From Nanobdellota archaeon (GTDB lineage: Archaea; Nanobdellota; Nanobdellia; Parvarchaeales; Parvarchaeaceae), in contig JAKAAW010000003.1 of NCBI GenBank assembly GCA_021802105.1, positions 1 to 54,850 on the forward strand: a stretch of DNA of 54,850 nt. Reading direction: 5' to 3'. Below the pieces are notes generated by a model that saw only the letters and a program-made list of their open reading frames with translations, ran no database searches and had not been told where the DNA came from. Position numbers and translations under genes: made by a program. Positions within the stretch are counted from its first letter, which is position 1. Each line of letters starts with the position of its first letter. Below are positions 1-7,580 of this stretch, one piece after another.

Positions 1-318
1 ACGATGAGGTAAGATTGATTTTAGTTATGTTTATAGAGTAACCTGTGGAATCTCCTATTGATACTGTGAAGCTGGTGTTGCCTAGGCATTCAGCCTGCAC
101 GCTCCCTAACCCGCTGAAGCCGGTTATAGTCGCCGATATGCTTGACGATGGGGAGAATATCCCAAAAGAGTATAATACTGCCGCAACTATGACTATGATA
201 AGGATGGCCCAGCCATACGTCATCATGTACTCCAGTGCAGACTGGGATCTTTTGTTAGCTAGAATTTTTCTGTCTGTCTGTCTGTCTGTCTGTTATATAT
301 AGGGAGATGCAAAGGCAT
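1..318 (-). CDS. Class III (archaeal type IV pilin-like) signal-peptide surface protein, 5' part; continues past the window start. The cassette start codon ATG(318) is out of frame with the mature part
   Basis: The minus-strand frame (codon starts 250, 247, ...) reads ..NKRSQSALEYMMTYGWAILIIVIVAAVLYSFGIFSPSSSISATITGFSGLGSVQAECLGNTSFTVSIGDSTGYSINITKINLTSS. This is a basic leader, a QSALEY cleavage-type motif and a hydrophobic helix, nearly identical to the N-terminus of the ORF at 27976..29154. ATG at 318 matches the paralog's start, but the (ACAG)6 tract shifts it out of frame. Confidence 0.6.
270..293. repeat. Perfect tetranucleotide microsatellite, (CTGT)6 on plus = (ACAG)6 on the coding minus strand
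   Basis: Read directly: ctgt x6 at 270-273 ... 290-293. This is consistent with the LSVCLSVC stretch in the plus-strand ORF 45..302. Confidence 0.98.
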
Positions 319-341
319 GATTTATATTTGGCTTTAGATGA

Positions 342-348
342 ATTTAAA
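342..348 (-). promoter_or_regulatory. TATA-like box TTTAAAT (minus strand), 23 nt upstream of ATG(318)
   Basis: The same heptamer is conserved in all three cassette copies (342..348, 2043..2049, 29180..29186), 23-25 nt upstream of the conserved ATG. This spacing is typical of archaeal leaderless promoters. Confidence 0.5.
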
Positions 349-394
349 CCTTGTCTTACGGCTTCCTGTTTGCTTGGACTCCGGCTTGCTAGGT

Positions 395-1678
395 TCAAAG
401 TTTGAGGAGCCATTTCCACAGCGGGATGAACCTTATCTTCTTGCCTTTGACTTTCTCCTCGGCTTCGTAGTCCCAGGTTATCACCAAAAGATTGTTGCAG
501 CGAAGTTCTTCAGAAGCGACTAAAAGATTGTCGATTTCTCTGTCAGCGATTTTATTTCCGCTCGAGGTATAAGTCACTTGTATAAGTTCAGTTATCTTAG
601 ATCCTTGTTTTACGACAAAGTCGATTTCTCTTTGTTTATAGTCCCTCCAATAATAAATTTTACTAGTTTTGCCCAGCCGCCTAATCAGCTCAATAAACGC
701 TATATTTTCCATTATATTGCTTTTTTCGTTTAAAGGATTATTAGAAGCAGCGGCCGCCAAAGCGTGATCTACCGCGTAAATTTTCTTTGGCGATCTTATA
801 ATTTCTGCTTTAGAACTTGAATAATTATCTACGGTAAACAGGAGATAGGCGTTTTCTAAATAGGATAAAAACAATTTCGCCGTGTTTGGGCTGCCCAGAT
901 TAAAAACCTTTTGTAATTTAGAAAACGACGCGTTCTTTCCATATAATCCGACAGCGTACATGGCAAACTCTTCAAATCTTTTTGTGTTTCTTATTTCATA
1001 CCTACGCAGGATGTCCCTGTTTATAATGTCCCTCAGATACGCATATATCAAGTCTTTCCTGTCTCTAAGTATGACCTCTGGAAACCCTCCATATTCAATA
1101 TATTTTTCAAATTTAGTTCGTATGGCTGCCAAACCCCAGCTTGTGTAAGGTTCCACATCTCCAGCGAATTCTCTAAAGGACATGGGAAATTCTTCAAACA
1201 AAACATTTCTTCCAGTAAGCGCGGCAGAAACGTCCGATTTTATTAAGCTGCTGTTGCTCCCGGTGACAGATATCCTTATGTCTTCGAATTCCAACATTCG
1301 ATTTACCCATTTTTCCCAGTTCTCCACGTTTTGTATCTCGTCTAAAAAAACATATATTCTTCCTTTCGGCATATATAACTGTAGGTAAGCCTGATACAAA
1401 CGCTCGAAATCACTGACTTCAAACGAAATTAATCTTTCATCCTCAAAATTTACGTAAAGTATATTGTCTTGGTTGACATTGTTTTCCAATAAAAACCGCA
1501 TTGTTTGAAAAAGAAGAGTAGATTTTCCGCACCTTCTCACCCCTGTCAGAATTATCGCTTCCTTAAATTTTACGTGTTCTTCTATGTCGTTTAGTAAATC
1601 TCTTTTTACGCCCTCTTCCCGCCTAAGTATAGCTTCCTTCTGCGTTTTGATTATAAGCTTTAATGCTTCTACTTCCAT
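395..1678 (-). CDS. AAA+ ATPase of the AAA_14/DUF4143 type (COG1373-like)
   Basis: 427 aa with an ATG start. It has a Walker A motif GVRRCGKSTLL and a Walker B-like motif IYVFLDEIQ. The C-terminal half has the layout I associate with DUF4143 proteins. Confidence 0.75.
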   Translation of the reverse strand: MEVEALKLIIKTQKEAILRREEGVKRDLLNDIEEHVKFKEAIILTGVRRCGKSTLLFQTMRFLLENNVNQDNILYVNFEDERLISFEVSDFERLYQAYLQLYMPKGRIYVFLDEIQNVENWEKWVNRMLEFEDIRISVTGSNSSLIKSDVSAALTGRNVLFEEFPMSFREFAGDVEPYTSWGLAAIRTKFEKYIEYGGFPEVILRDRKDLIYAYLRDIINRDILRRYEIRNTKRFEEFAMYAVGLYGKNASFSKLQKVFNLGSPNTAKLFLSYLENAYLLFTVDNYSSSKAEIIRSPKKIYAVDHALAAAASNNPLNEKSNIMENIAFIELIRRLGKTSKIYYWRDYKQREIDFVVKQGSKITELIQVTYTSSGNKIADREIDNLLVASEELRCNNLLVITWDYEAEEKVKGKKIRFIPLWKWLLKL

Positions 1679-1700
1679 AATAATTATAACCGATTCCTAT

Positions 1701-1707
1701 ATTTAAA
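1701..1707 (-). promoter_or_regulatory. TATA-like box TTTAAAT, 22 nt upstream of the ATPase ATG(1678)
   Basis: The minus strand reads GTATTTAAATATAGG, then 22 nt, then ATG. Confidence 0.45.
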
Positions 1708-1918
1708 TACTTCATTATAGTGATATAATTAACGTTTTTATTCCATTATAATGACGTAATTTAAATAAATTCTTAAGCCTTGTAGGATATAAAGAAGAAC
1801 AAGAAATGGTACAAAAGCTGCCAATGAAACTTTCCCAAAAATAATGTCTCACTGTTCAAAATCCGGCACTGAAGACTGGAAGCCCAAACAATGAAATACC
1901 TGATATTGAGAGTTAGAG

Positions 1919-2017
1919 CTAGCGAGATGTAGAATGTATTTGTTTGATAGCAGACTGTGATCTTTTGTGGATCAGTGGCTCCTTCCGTCTGCCGTTTGTA
2001 TGTATGTGCAAGGGCAT
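1919..2017 (-). pseudogene. Orphan 32-codon fragment of the pilin-like cassette: the leader only, then unrelated sequence and a stop
   Basis: The minus strand reads ATG CCC TTG CAC ..., giving MPLHIHTNGRRKEPLIHKRSQSA and then IKQIHSTSR*. The first 23 codons match 29154..29086 (MPLHIHTNGRRKELLIHKRSQSA). Homology ends exactly at the predicted signal-peptidase site. Confidence 0.55.
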
Positions 2018-2075
2018 ATAATTGGTATTTGGCTTTGGACGGATTTAAACTTTGCTTCCAGGCTTCCTGTTTGCT
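1950..2075 (-). repeat. Copy B (partial, ~126 nt) of the cassette: upstream block, TATA box, ATG and leader only
   Basis: 1950..2075 aligns with 29087..29212 with only a few mismatches. It also aligns with 315..377, which is more diverged. Confidence 0.9.
2043..2049 (-). promoter_or_regulatory. TATA-like box TTTAAAT of cassette copy B, 25 nt upstream of ATG(2017)
   Basis: The heptamer and spacing are conserved as in copies A and C. Confidence 0.4.
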
Positions 2076-2335
2076 GTGCGGATCAAACGGACTGATAGGG
2101 GCATCCCTATTCTTCAACTCTACAGATTTCATTGGAGATAATAACTCCCCAATTACAAATATTCAACAACATGCACCCTGCTTAGTGCGGCTTTCACTCT
2201 CAGAGATCAAGTGTATGCGATAGTTATAGCGCTTACTACAACGCTAGTCTTTATGTCATTGCTGATGTATCTCTTGATAAAGAACCGACCGCTAAAAGGT
2301 AGGAAAGCTTAAATTATTTAAAGAGTAGATAGCTT

Positions 2336-3595
2336 ATGCACTACGATCTTAACTATGTAAAGGAAAACAGGGAAGCGCTGGTGAAAAGCATGCAAAAACG
2401 GGGCATAGACTACCCTGTGGACAAGATAATAGACGTTTACGAAAAAGTAAAAGAACTGAGAAGACAGGTAGATGAGGATAGGCATAGGAGGAATGAGATA
2501 AGCGAAGACTTTAGAAAGCAGACCGATGAGGACAGAAAACTGGTAAAAACCCTTAAGAAAGGTATAGAAGAGAAGGAAAAAGAGATAGAATCTCTGATAA
2601 AGGAGGCTTACTCGCTGTTTCAGAGGATGCCAAACATACTTGATGATACCGTACCTATAGGTAAGGACGACAGTGAGAACATAAGCATAAAGAAGCATGG
2701 AGAGATAAGAAAACTTGACTTTATACCAAAAGGACACGAAGAACTGGCAGAGAACAAAGACCTTATTGATATGGAGAGGGCCGCAAAGATAACTGGCAGC
2801 AGATTTTATTACCTCAAAGGTAAACTCGTGATTCTAGATATGGCACTACAGAGATATGTTATGGACAAACTCATGCCAAAAGGATATACTCCTATTGTAC
2901 CACCTTTCATGATGAATAGAAACGCGTATGAAGGTGTCACATCCCTGCAGGACTTTGAAGAAGTGCTATATAAAGTCAGCGGAAAAGAGGACACTGGTGA
3001 CACTGAGAAGTATATGATAGCCACATCTGAACACCCTTTGGCAGCTATGTATATGAATGAAGATATACCTGAAGAGAAACTACCTCTTAAGTATATAGGT
3101 ATAAGCCAGTGCTTCAGAAGAGAAGCAGGCTCTCACGGAAAGGATACTAAAGGGATATTCAGAGTCCACCAGTTCAACAAGGTTGAACAATTTATGTTCT
3201 GTAAGCCTGAAGACTCGGCAAGCATGCACGAAGAACTCCTTAAAAACGCGGAAGAAATCTACCAGGAGCTGGGACTTCCTTACAGAGTTGTCAACATATG
3301 CACAGGGGACATAGGGATAATAGCGACTAAAAAATACGATATAGAAGGGTATATGTATTCTCAGGACAAGTATAAAGAGCTTGTATCCTGCTCAAACTGC
3401 ACTGACTGGCAGAGTCGCAGACTTAACATAAAATATGTGGACAGGAGCGGAGATAAAAAATTCTTGCACACCCTCAACAGCACTGCGATATCACAAAGGC
3501 CGCTCGTGGCGATTCTTGAGGCTTATCAGCAGAAGGATGGCAGCATAAAGGTCCCTGAAGTACTTGTCAAATACACAGGATTCGATACTATCTAA
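2336..3595 (+). CDS. serS: Seryl-tRNA synthetase
   Basis: 419 aa with an ATG start. It has an N-terminal coiled-coil arm, then class II motifs (..SQCFRREAGSHGKDTKGIFRVHQF.., ..LNSTAISQRPLVAILE..). Confidence 0.9.
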   Translation: MHYDLNYVKENREALVKSMQKRGIDYPVDKIIDVYEKVKELRRQVDEDRHRRNEISEDFRKQTDEDRKLVKTLKKGIEEKEKEIESLIKEAYSLFQRMPNILDDTVPIGKDDSENISIKKHGEIRKLDFIPKGHEELAENKDLIDMERAAKITGSRFYYLKGKLVILDMALQRYVMDKLMPKGYTPIVPPFMMNRNAYEGVTSLQDFEEVLYKVSGKEDTGDTEKYMIATSEHPLAAMYMNEDIPEEKLPLKYIGISQCFRREAGSHGKDTKGIFRVHQFNKVEQFMFCKPEDSASMHEELLKNAEEIYQELGLPYRVVNICTGDIGIIATKKYDIEGYMYSQDKYKELVSCSNCTDWQSRRLNIKYVDRSGDKKFLHTLNSTAISQRPLVAILEAYQQKDGSIKVPEVLVKYTGFDTI

Positions 3596-3865
3596 CGACA
3601 GACCAAGAAAACCAAGTTTAGACAGTCACCTTAAAGGTAAAGTGCGCCGATCGAAGTGTAAGACATACCAATTGGTGAATTTTAATGGAGAGCAAAATAA
3701 TGATGCTGATCTTGACAAGATATTAAAGAGGATCAAGCAGGCGTCTGCTGATGGCCCCTGCGGCGGTTATGACGCCAAACTATAGTTTAAAGCACCGTCG
3801 GGTTGTCTATTTCACGCAGATGACCGGATATCTAGATTATTTTAACATATGAAGAAAGGAACTGT

Positions 3866-4576
3866 TCACTGAATTTTCACACTCTTATCCATATCAGTGA
3901 CCTTAGCGGATAACTCGAAAAACCTCCTTTTATTCTTAATGCGGAGTTTTTCTCCAGTTGGCTGGACTATCTCCCCCAATCCAGAGAAAATACTGAAAGC
4001 TATGCTACCGGAACCGCATGCGGTCTCCTTCACAAAGGAATCAACCTCTTTCACGTAAACGTATGGGGTTATCCTGTTTCCGTCGTAGATTATCCCTCCA
4101 AAAGCAGGAAGTCCATACTTTTTTGAAAAGGTCGAAAGCTTCCTTTTTTCTATTTTAGAGTTCTCTTTTGCACTGTAGAGAACAAATCCTATTCCGTCCA
4201 ATAAGATTATATTCCCGTATTTCTTGAAACTTATAGGTATCCGAATTGTGGTAGTTCCATTTTTATTCGAGTAAGGCACGGAATCTTTCAGGCAGCTTGT
4301 TTTTAGTTTTCCGTCTTTTTCCAGCATTGAGGCAAATGCAAGTGTTGCATTGACGCAGAGTTCACCTCCCATCATAGTCATTGTTGGAAGAGCCGAAGTT
4401 GTGGAAATGAAACCAACCTGTTCTACGTCTTTTAGGAACATCTTTGAGATTTCTTTTCTATCCGAAACCGGACAATTTTGTACAAGTGCGGTTGAATTTC
4501 CACTGGCTACAAGAAATTTTCTAACTTCCATGTTATTGGGCAGAGCACCCATCTCTGCCGTTTTCTCTGCCAGCAT
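3866..4576 (-). CDS. DapF-fold (diaminopimelate epimerase-like) protein, short form
   Basis: The motifs FLVASGNSTALV (compare GNDF), GGELCVNATLAFA (compare CGNGxRC) and ETACGSGSIAF (compare the second catalytic Cys motif) are present. The start is either ATG 4576 or TTG 4585. Confidence 0.5.
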   Translation of the reverse strand: MLAEKTAEMGALPNNMEVRKFLVASGNSTALVQNCPVSDRKEISKMFLKDVEQVGFISTTSALPTMTMMGGELCVNATLAFASMLEKDGKLKTSCLKDSVPYSNKNGTTTIRIPISFKKYGNIILLDGIGFVLYSAKENSKIEKRKLSTFSKKYGLPAFGGIIYDGNRITPYVYVKEVDSFVKETACGSGSIAFSIFSGLGEIVQPTGEKLRIKNKRRFFELSAKVTDMDKSVKIQ

Positions 4577-4642
4577 CCGCTCCAAATCCCGCGTCTGTTG
4601 TCCTCTTTTCCTAACTTCTTTTATTTTCCATTTTGTACCGGC

Positions 4643-6928
4643 TCAAAACAAGACTTTATACCGGTTTAGGAGATCCTTAGTACGCTCTAGTTTTTTCATG
4701 TACATTGACCTCTCCTCATCGTTTTTGGCGTAAGCAAGCTTTCTTTCAAGGTACTGCACCCCTGCCAATCTCTCAACACTGGAACCTCCAGAGTGCCTGA
4801 GTCTGTTTTCTAGGGCTTCGTTGGGAACCATCTCGAATACTATGTATCCTGTTCCTATTTCAGGGTTTGAGGGTACTTTGAGAGATATGTAACCTTGTGG
4901 TGAAGGCTCTTTCCCTATCTTGTTGCTCTCAAAAGTAGTGTAGTCCTGGAACGCCTGTGATCCTATCCCTACAAGTGCATTCATTTTCCCATTGCACATC
5001 TTATTAGTTAGAGATAGATGTGGCCTGTGCTCATCTCCTTTGTATTGTATCACCGCTGGGCTGGTTGTTCGCGTGGGCCGCTCTGACAGTGCCCTGCCTC
5101 CATCCATTCCTCTTATAAAAATACTGTGTTGCATACCGGCAGGGTAAGGTCCTATATGCACGGTTTCGCGCCTTAACATCATCCTTTCTGGATATATGAC
5201 ATTCGCACCGTTCGCCTCTAAGATAGCTCCAAGAGCTTCTGCTTCGTGAAGGTTGTTTGCTGCTTTCTCTACGTGGTTTCCGTTAAGATTATAGAACGCT
5301 TTGAAACCGATATCGGTGAGCTCTTTAAGGAATATAGCGCTCTTGTTCAACTGATCCCCAAGATTTATTATAGGCTCTCCATACACCATCTCCCTTACTC
5401 TTCTCACCATTCTATCATAGGAGATATCCCTTTCCGTCTTGTATAGATCACGTATAACATCCCCATACTGCATTTTTTGGGGGTCTTGTATATCTCCTCT
5501 CATAATCTTGTCTACTGCCCCCTGCAGCATGTCTCCCCCTAATATGGTATACCTCTTGTCTTTGTTTATCCCATCATGTTTTATGTCTTCTAGCAGGGCT
5601 TCGAGAAGTTCGTATTCAGTGTAACCTCCTTCAGGATTGTAACTTGACGCGCCTATGTGGGTGTCGCTTATCCCGTATATCTTTATCATATCTTTTTCGA
5701 GTTCCTTCGGGTTTACCCCTTCTTTAAGGGTCCTGTAATTTATCACTCTTGTCTGTGTTCTACCGTCCTTCATTACCGTGAACATTGTTATACCGCTGTA
5801 AAGGTCACTTCTTTTGACGTCTTTCGTGACATTTCCGGAGGACTTCTTCTTTCTAAGGACAGAGTCGTCGTGCAGAGGAGATACATGCAAAAAATGCGCA
5901 ACTTTGCTCGGTGTCTCTGACTCAGTGTCAGTGTTATATTTTATGGCAGTGTAATACGTTCTTGCTTCATGTCCCCATATATAGACATCCGCCAGCCTTC
6001 CTTCACGCCAGTCCCTATTGGCCTTTTCTATAGCCCGTCTCTCACCATTCAATAGGGGCTCCGGCTCCTTTATTCCGCCATAAATATCTATGTTTGCAGT
6101 GGCGTTTATAGCAGGGGATACTGAGAATTCCACCCCATTTACTTTTAGTCTAACGTCTTCTATGGTTTTTATTATATTGGCACTGTACACCGTTTCGTCT
6201 TTTTTCTTGTAAGACAGGAACGTATCAAGCACTTCTTCCTTGTATATCTTGTTGGCTATATCCACTATCCCGTCCTCATCAAGGTTTCTCCATGCAGACG
6301 CATCTATGTTCTGGGATTTCAAGTGCTGTATAATTTCTGGGTCTAAATCTCTAAGTACAGTGTCAAGATCATCGTCGTCTTTATTCTCATGAGACTGCTT
6401 GTTTATATTAGAAGATCTCTTATGGGATTTTAACAGTTGTTTTATTCTGTCGCCGACATTCGCATAGTCTTTTGGACCATATATCATCGAGATGGGGATG
6501 TTTTTCTCTGCAGCCGCTTCTATTATAGGTCGCATCTCATACTTAGCAAGCAGTGTGGCATCCTCTAGCGTATCCACCGAGTTGCTCCCACTGTTCTTTC
6601 CTTTTATCGCCTTGTGTACCCTTGCTCCATACCTCCCCTTTATATCATCCTCTAGCATGGCTAGGGAACTTTTGTCGCTTCTGCTGTTGCTGTTAAGCGC
6701 ATTTAGAGGATATCTGTACGCACCTCCTAACATTATTATCGCGTCTATCTTATACGGGGAACTTTTTATGAACTGGCCGACATTGTAAAGAACATCCGGA
6801 TCGCTTAGCTTTGTGCTTAGAGCTATATTGGAGAGAACAAGAACGTTTGCTTTGGGTTCGGAATCAAGGTTGTACTCCGAACTTATTTCGCTGTTTAAAA
6901 GCAACTCCTCTAAGTTTTCTTTCATCAT
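4643..6928 (-). CDS. Large two-domain calcineurin-like metallophosphoesterase: an N-terminal degenerate domain plus a C-terminal domain with intact metal-binding motifs
   Basis: 761 aa. The C-terminal half has YGISDTHIG (DxH), ILGGDMLQG (GD), NGNHVE (GNH) and GDEHRPH. The N-terminal half has the same strand pattern but lacks the ligands (VLVLSNIAL, IIMLGGAY, IYGPKDY, IWGHEA). Confidence 0.55.
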   Translation of the reverse strand: MMKENLEELLLNSEISSEYNLDSEPKANVLVLSNIALSTKLSDPDVLYNVGQFIKSSPYKIDAIIMLGGAYRYPLNALNSNSRSDKSSLAMLEDDIKGRYGARVHKAIKGKNSGSNSVDTLEDATLLAKYEMRPIIEAAAEKNIPISMIYGPKDYANVGDRIKQLLKSHKRSSNINKQSHENKDDDDLDTVLRDLDPEIIQHLKSQNIDASAWRNLDEDGIVDIANKIYKEEVLDTFLSYKKKDETVYSANIIKTIEDVRLKVNGVEFSVSPAINATANIDIYGGIKEPEPLLNGERRAIEKANRDWREGRLADVYIWGHEARTYYTAIKYNTDTESETPSKVAHFLHVSPLHDDSVLRKKKSSGNVTKDVKRSDLYSGITMFTVMKDGRTQTRVINYRTLKEGVNPKELEKDMIKIYGISDTHIGASSYNPEGGYTEYELLEALLEDIKHDGINKDKRYTILGGDMLQGAVDKIMRGDIQDPQKMQYGDVIRDLYKTERDISYDRMVRRVREMVYGEPIINLGDQLNKSAIFLKELTDIGFKAFYNLNGNHVEKAANNLHEAEALGAILEANGANVIYPERMMLRRETVHIGPYPAGMQHSIFIRGMDGGRALSERPTRTTSPAVIQYKGDEHRPHLSLTNKMCNGKMNALVGIGSQAFQDYTTFESNKIGKEPSPQGYISLKVPSNPEIGTGYIVFEMVPNEALENRLRHSGGSSVERLAGVQYLERKLAYAKNDEERSMYMKKLERTKDLLNRYKVLF

Positions 6929-7152
6929 AACATATCCTCCACAGACTGTTTAGTACCACTACTCTATTAAAGTATTGCTTCCTTTCTTTATAAAATAATT
7001 TTGTGTATTACCATAGTATTACTCTCTTTTTGCAATCTAAATCTTACAATTTTTACTTTTCAGGGCAGTAATTTGGAAATTTTGGATTCTGACACCCTTG
7101 AAGCGAAATGAGTATAAATATTCGTCTAGTCTATCTATGTTATAAACTAAAA

Positions 7153-7225
7153 GGGTCCATGGTCCAGTGGCTACGACGTTCGCTTGACGTGCGAAAGATC
7201 AGGGGTTCGAATCCCTTTGGGCCCA
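7153..7225 (+). tRNA. tRNA-Val (GAC), no intron
   Basis: Acceptor stem GGGTCCA/TGGGCCC, anticodon stem TTCGC/GCGAA with loop TTGACGT, T arm AGGGG-TTCGAAT-CCCTT, discriminator A. Confidence 0.9.
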
Positions 7226-7580
7226 TATTATAAAAGGTTATAGTGTATCTCTTTCTTAATTTCACCCTTTACTCAGAGATATAAAAAAAGTAGGTGGGGA
7301 CATGCTGATGCACTTGTGATATCCCCTCGCCGGTCTTTTCTTTTTTAAGGTAGACTTCATTATTGATATTATTATGTTTTTCACTTTGGCTTTTGCTTTC
7401 ATCTCACGATTTAAATCGTGGGTTTCCCCTCTCACACTTTATAATATCATTAACATAAAAGAAATAAATAAATCAATGCATTATAACTGATATGTCGAAA
7501 GCATACAAGTTTTCAGTAGTATATATGAGTAATGGTTCATCGAACTGGGGGCAATCCAACTTATTATGGAGTAGTTCACT

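Larger units (their letters stand above)
116..455 (-). repeat. Copy A of a ~330-nt cassette: ATPase 3' end, promoter, leaderless start, class III signal peptide. The partner is at 28966..29292 and a partial third copy at 1950..2075
   Basis: Direct alignment by eye. 116..250 versus 28966..29100 shows 3 mismatches. The leader region is diverged or replaced by the microsatellite. 315..455 versus 29151..29292 is clearly homologous. Confidence 0.9.

Noticed and set aside
116-455. Diversity-generating retroelement (template/variable repeat pair) as an explanation for the repeated cassette
   Set aside because: The window has no reverse transcriptase. The repeat covers the promoter and signal peptide, not a C-terminal ligand-binding region. 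The few mismatches are not adenine-specific.
45-523. Plus-strand ORFs 45..302 and 338..523 from the track
   Set aside because: They run antisense through the pilin-like signal peptide, the microsatellite (read as LSVCLSVC), the promoter block and the ATPase 3' end. The minus-strand reading explains the conservation, because the substitutions are synonymous there. These are repeat artefacts.
1773-2223. ORFs 1773..2132 (-) and 1957..2223 (+), and likewise 28952..29266 (-) and 29085..29381 (+)
   Set aside because: Their similarity to each other (SLNPSKAKYQLYALAHTYKRQTEGATDPQKITVC) comes only from reading the repeated cassette in a wrong frame. The frame that starts at the conserved ATG after the TATA box gives the class III signal peptide.
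3564-3785. The 73-aa ORF between serS and the DapF-like gene
   Set aside because: It overlaps the serS 3' end, has no recognisable motif, and lies in a convergent terminator region. It is most likely non-coding.
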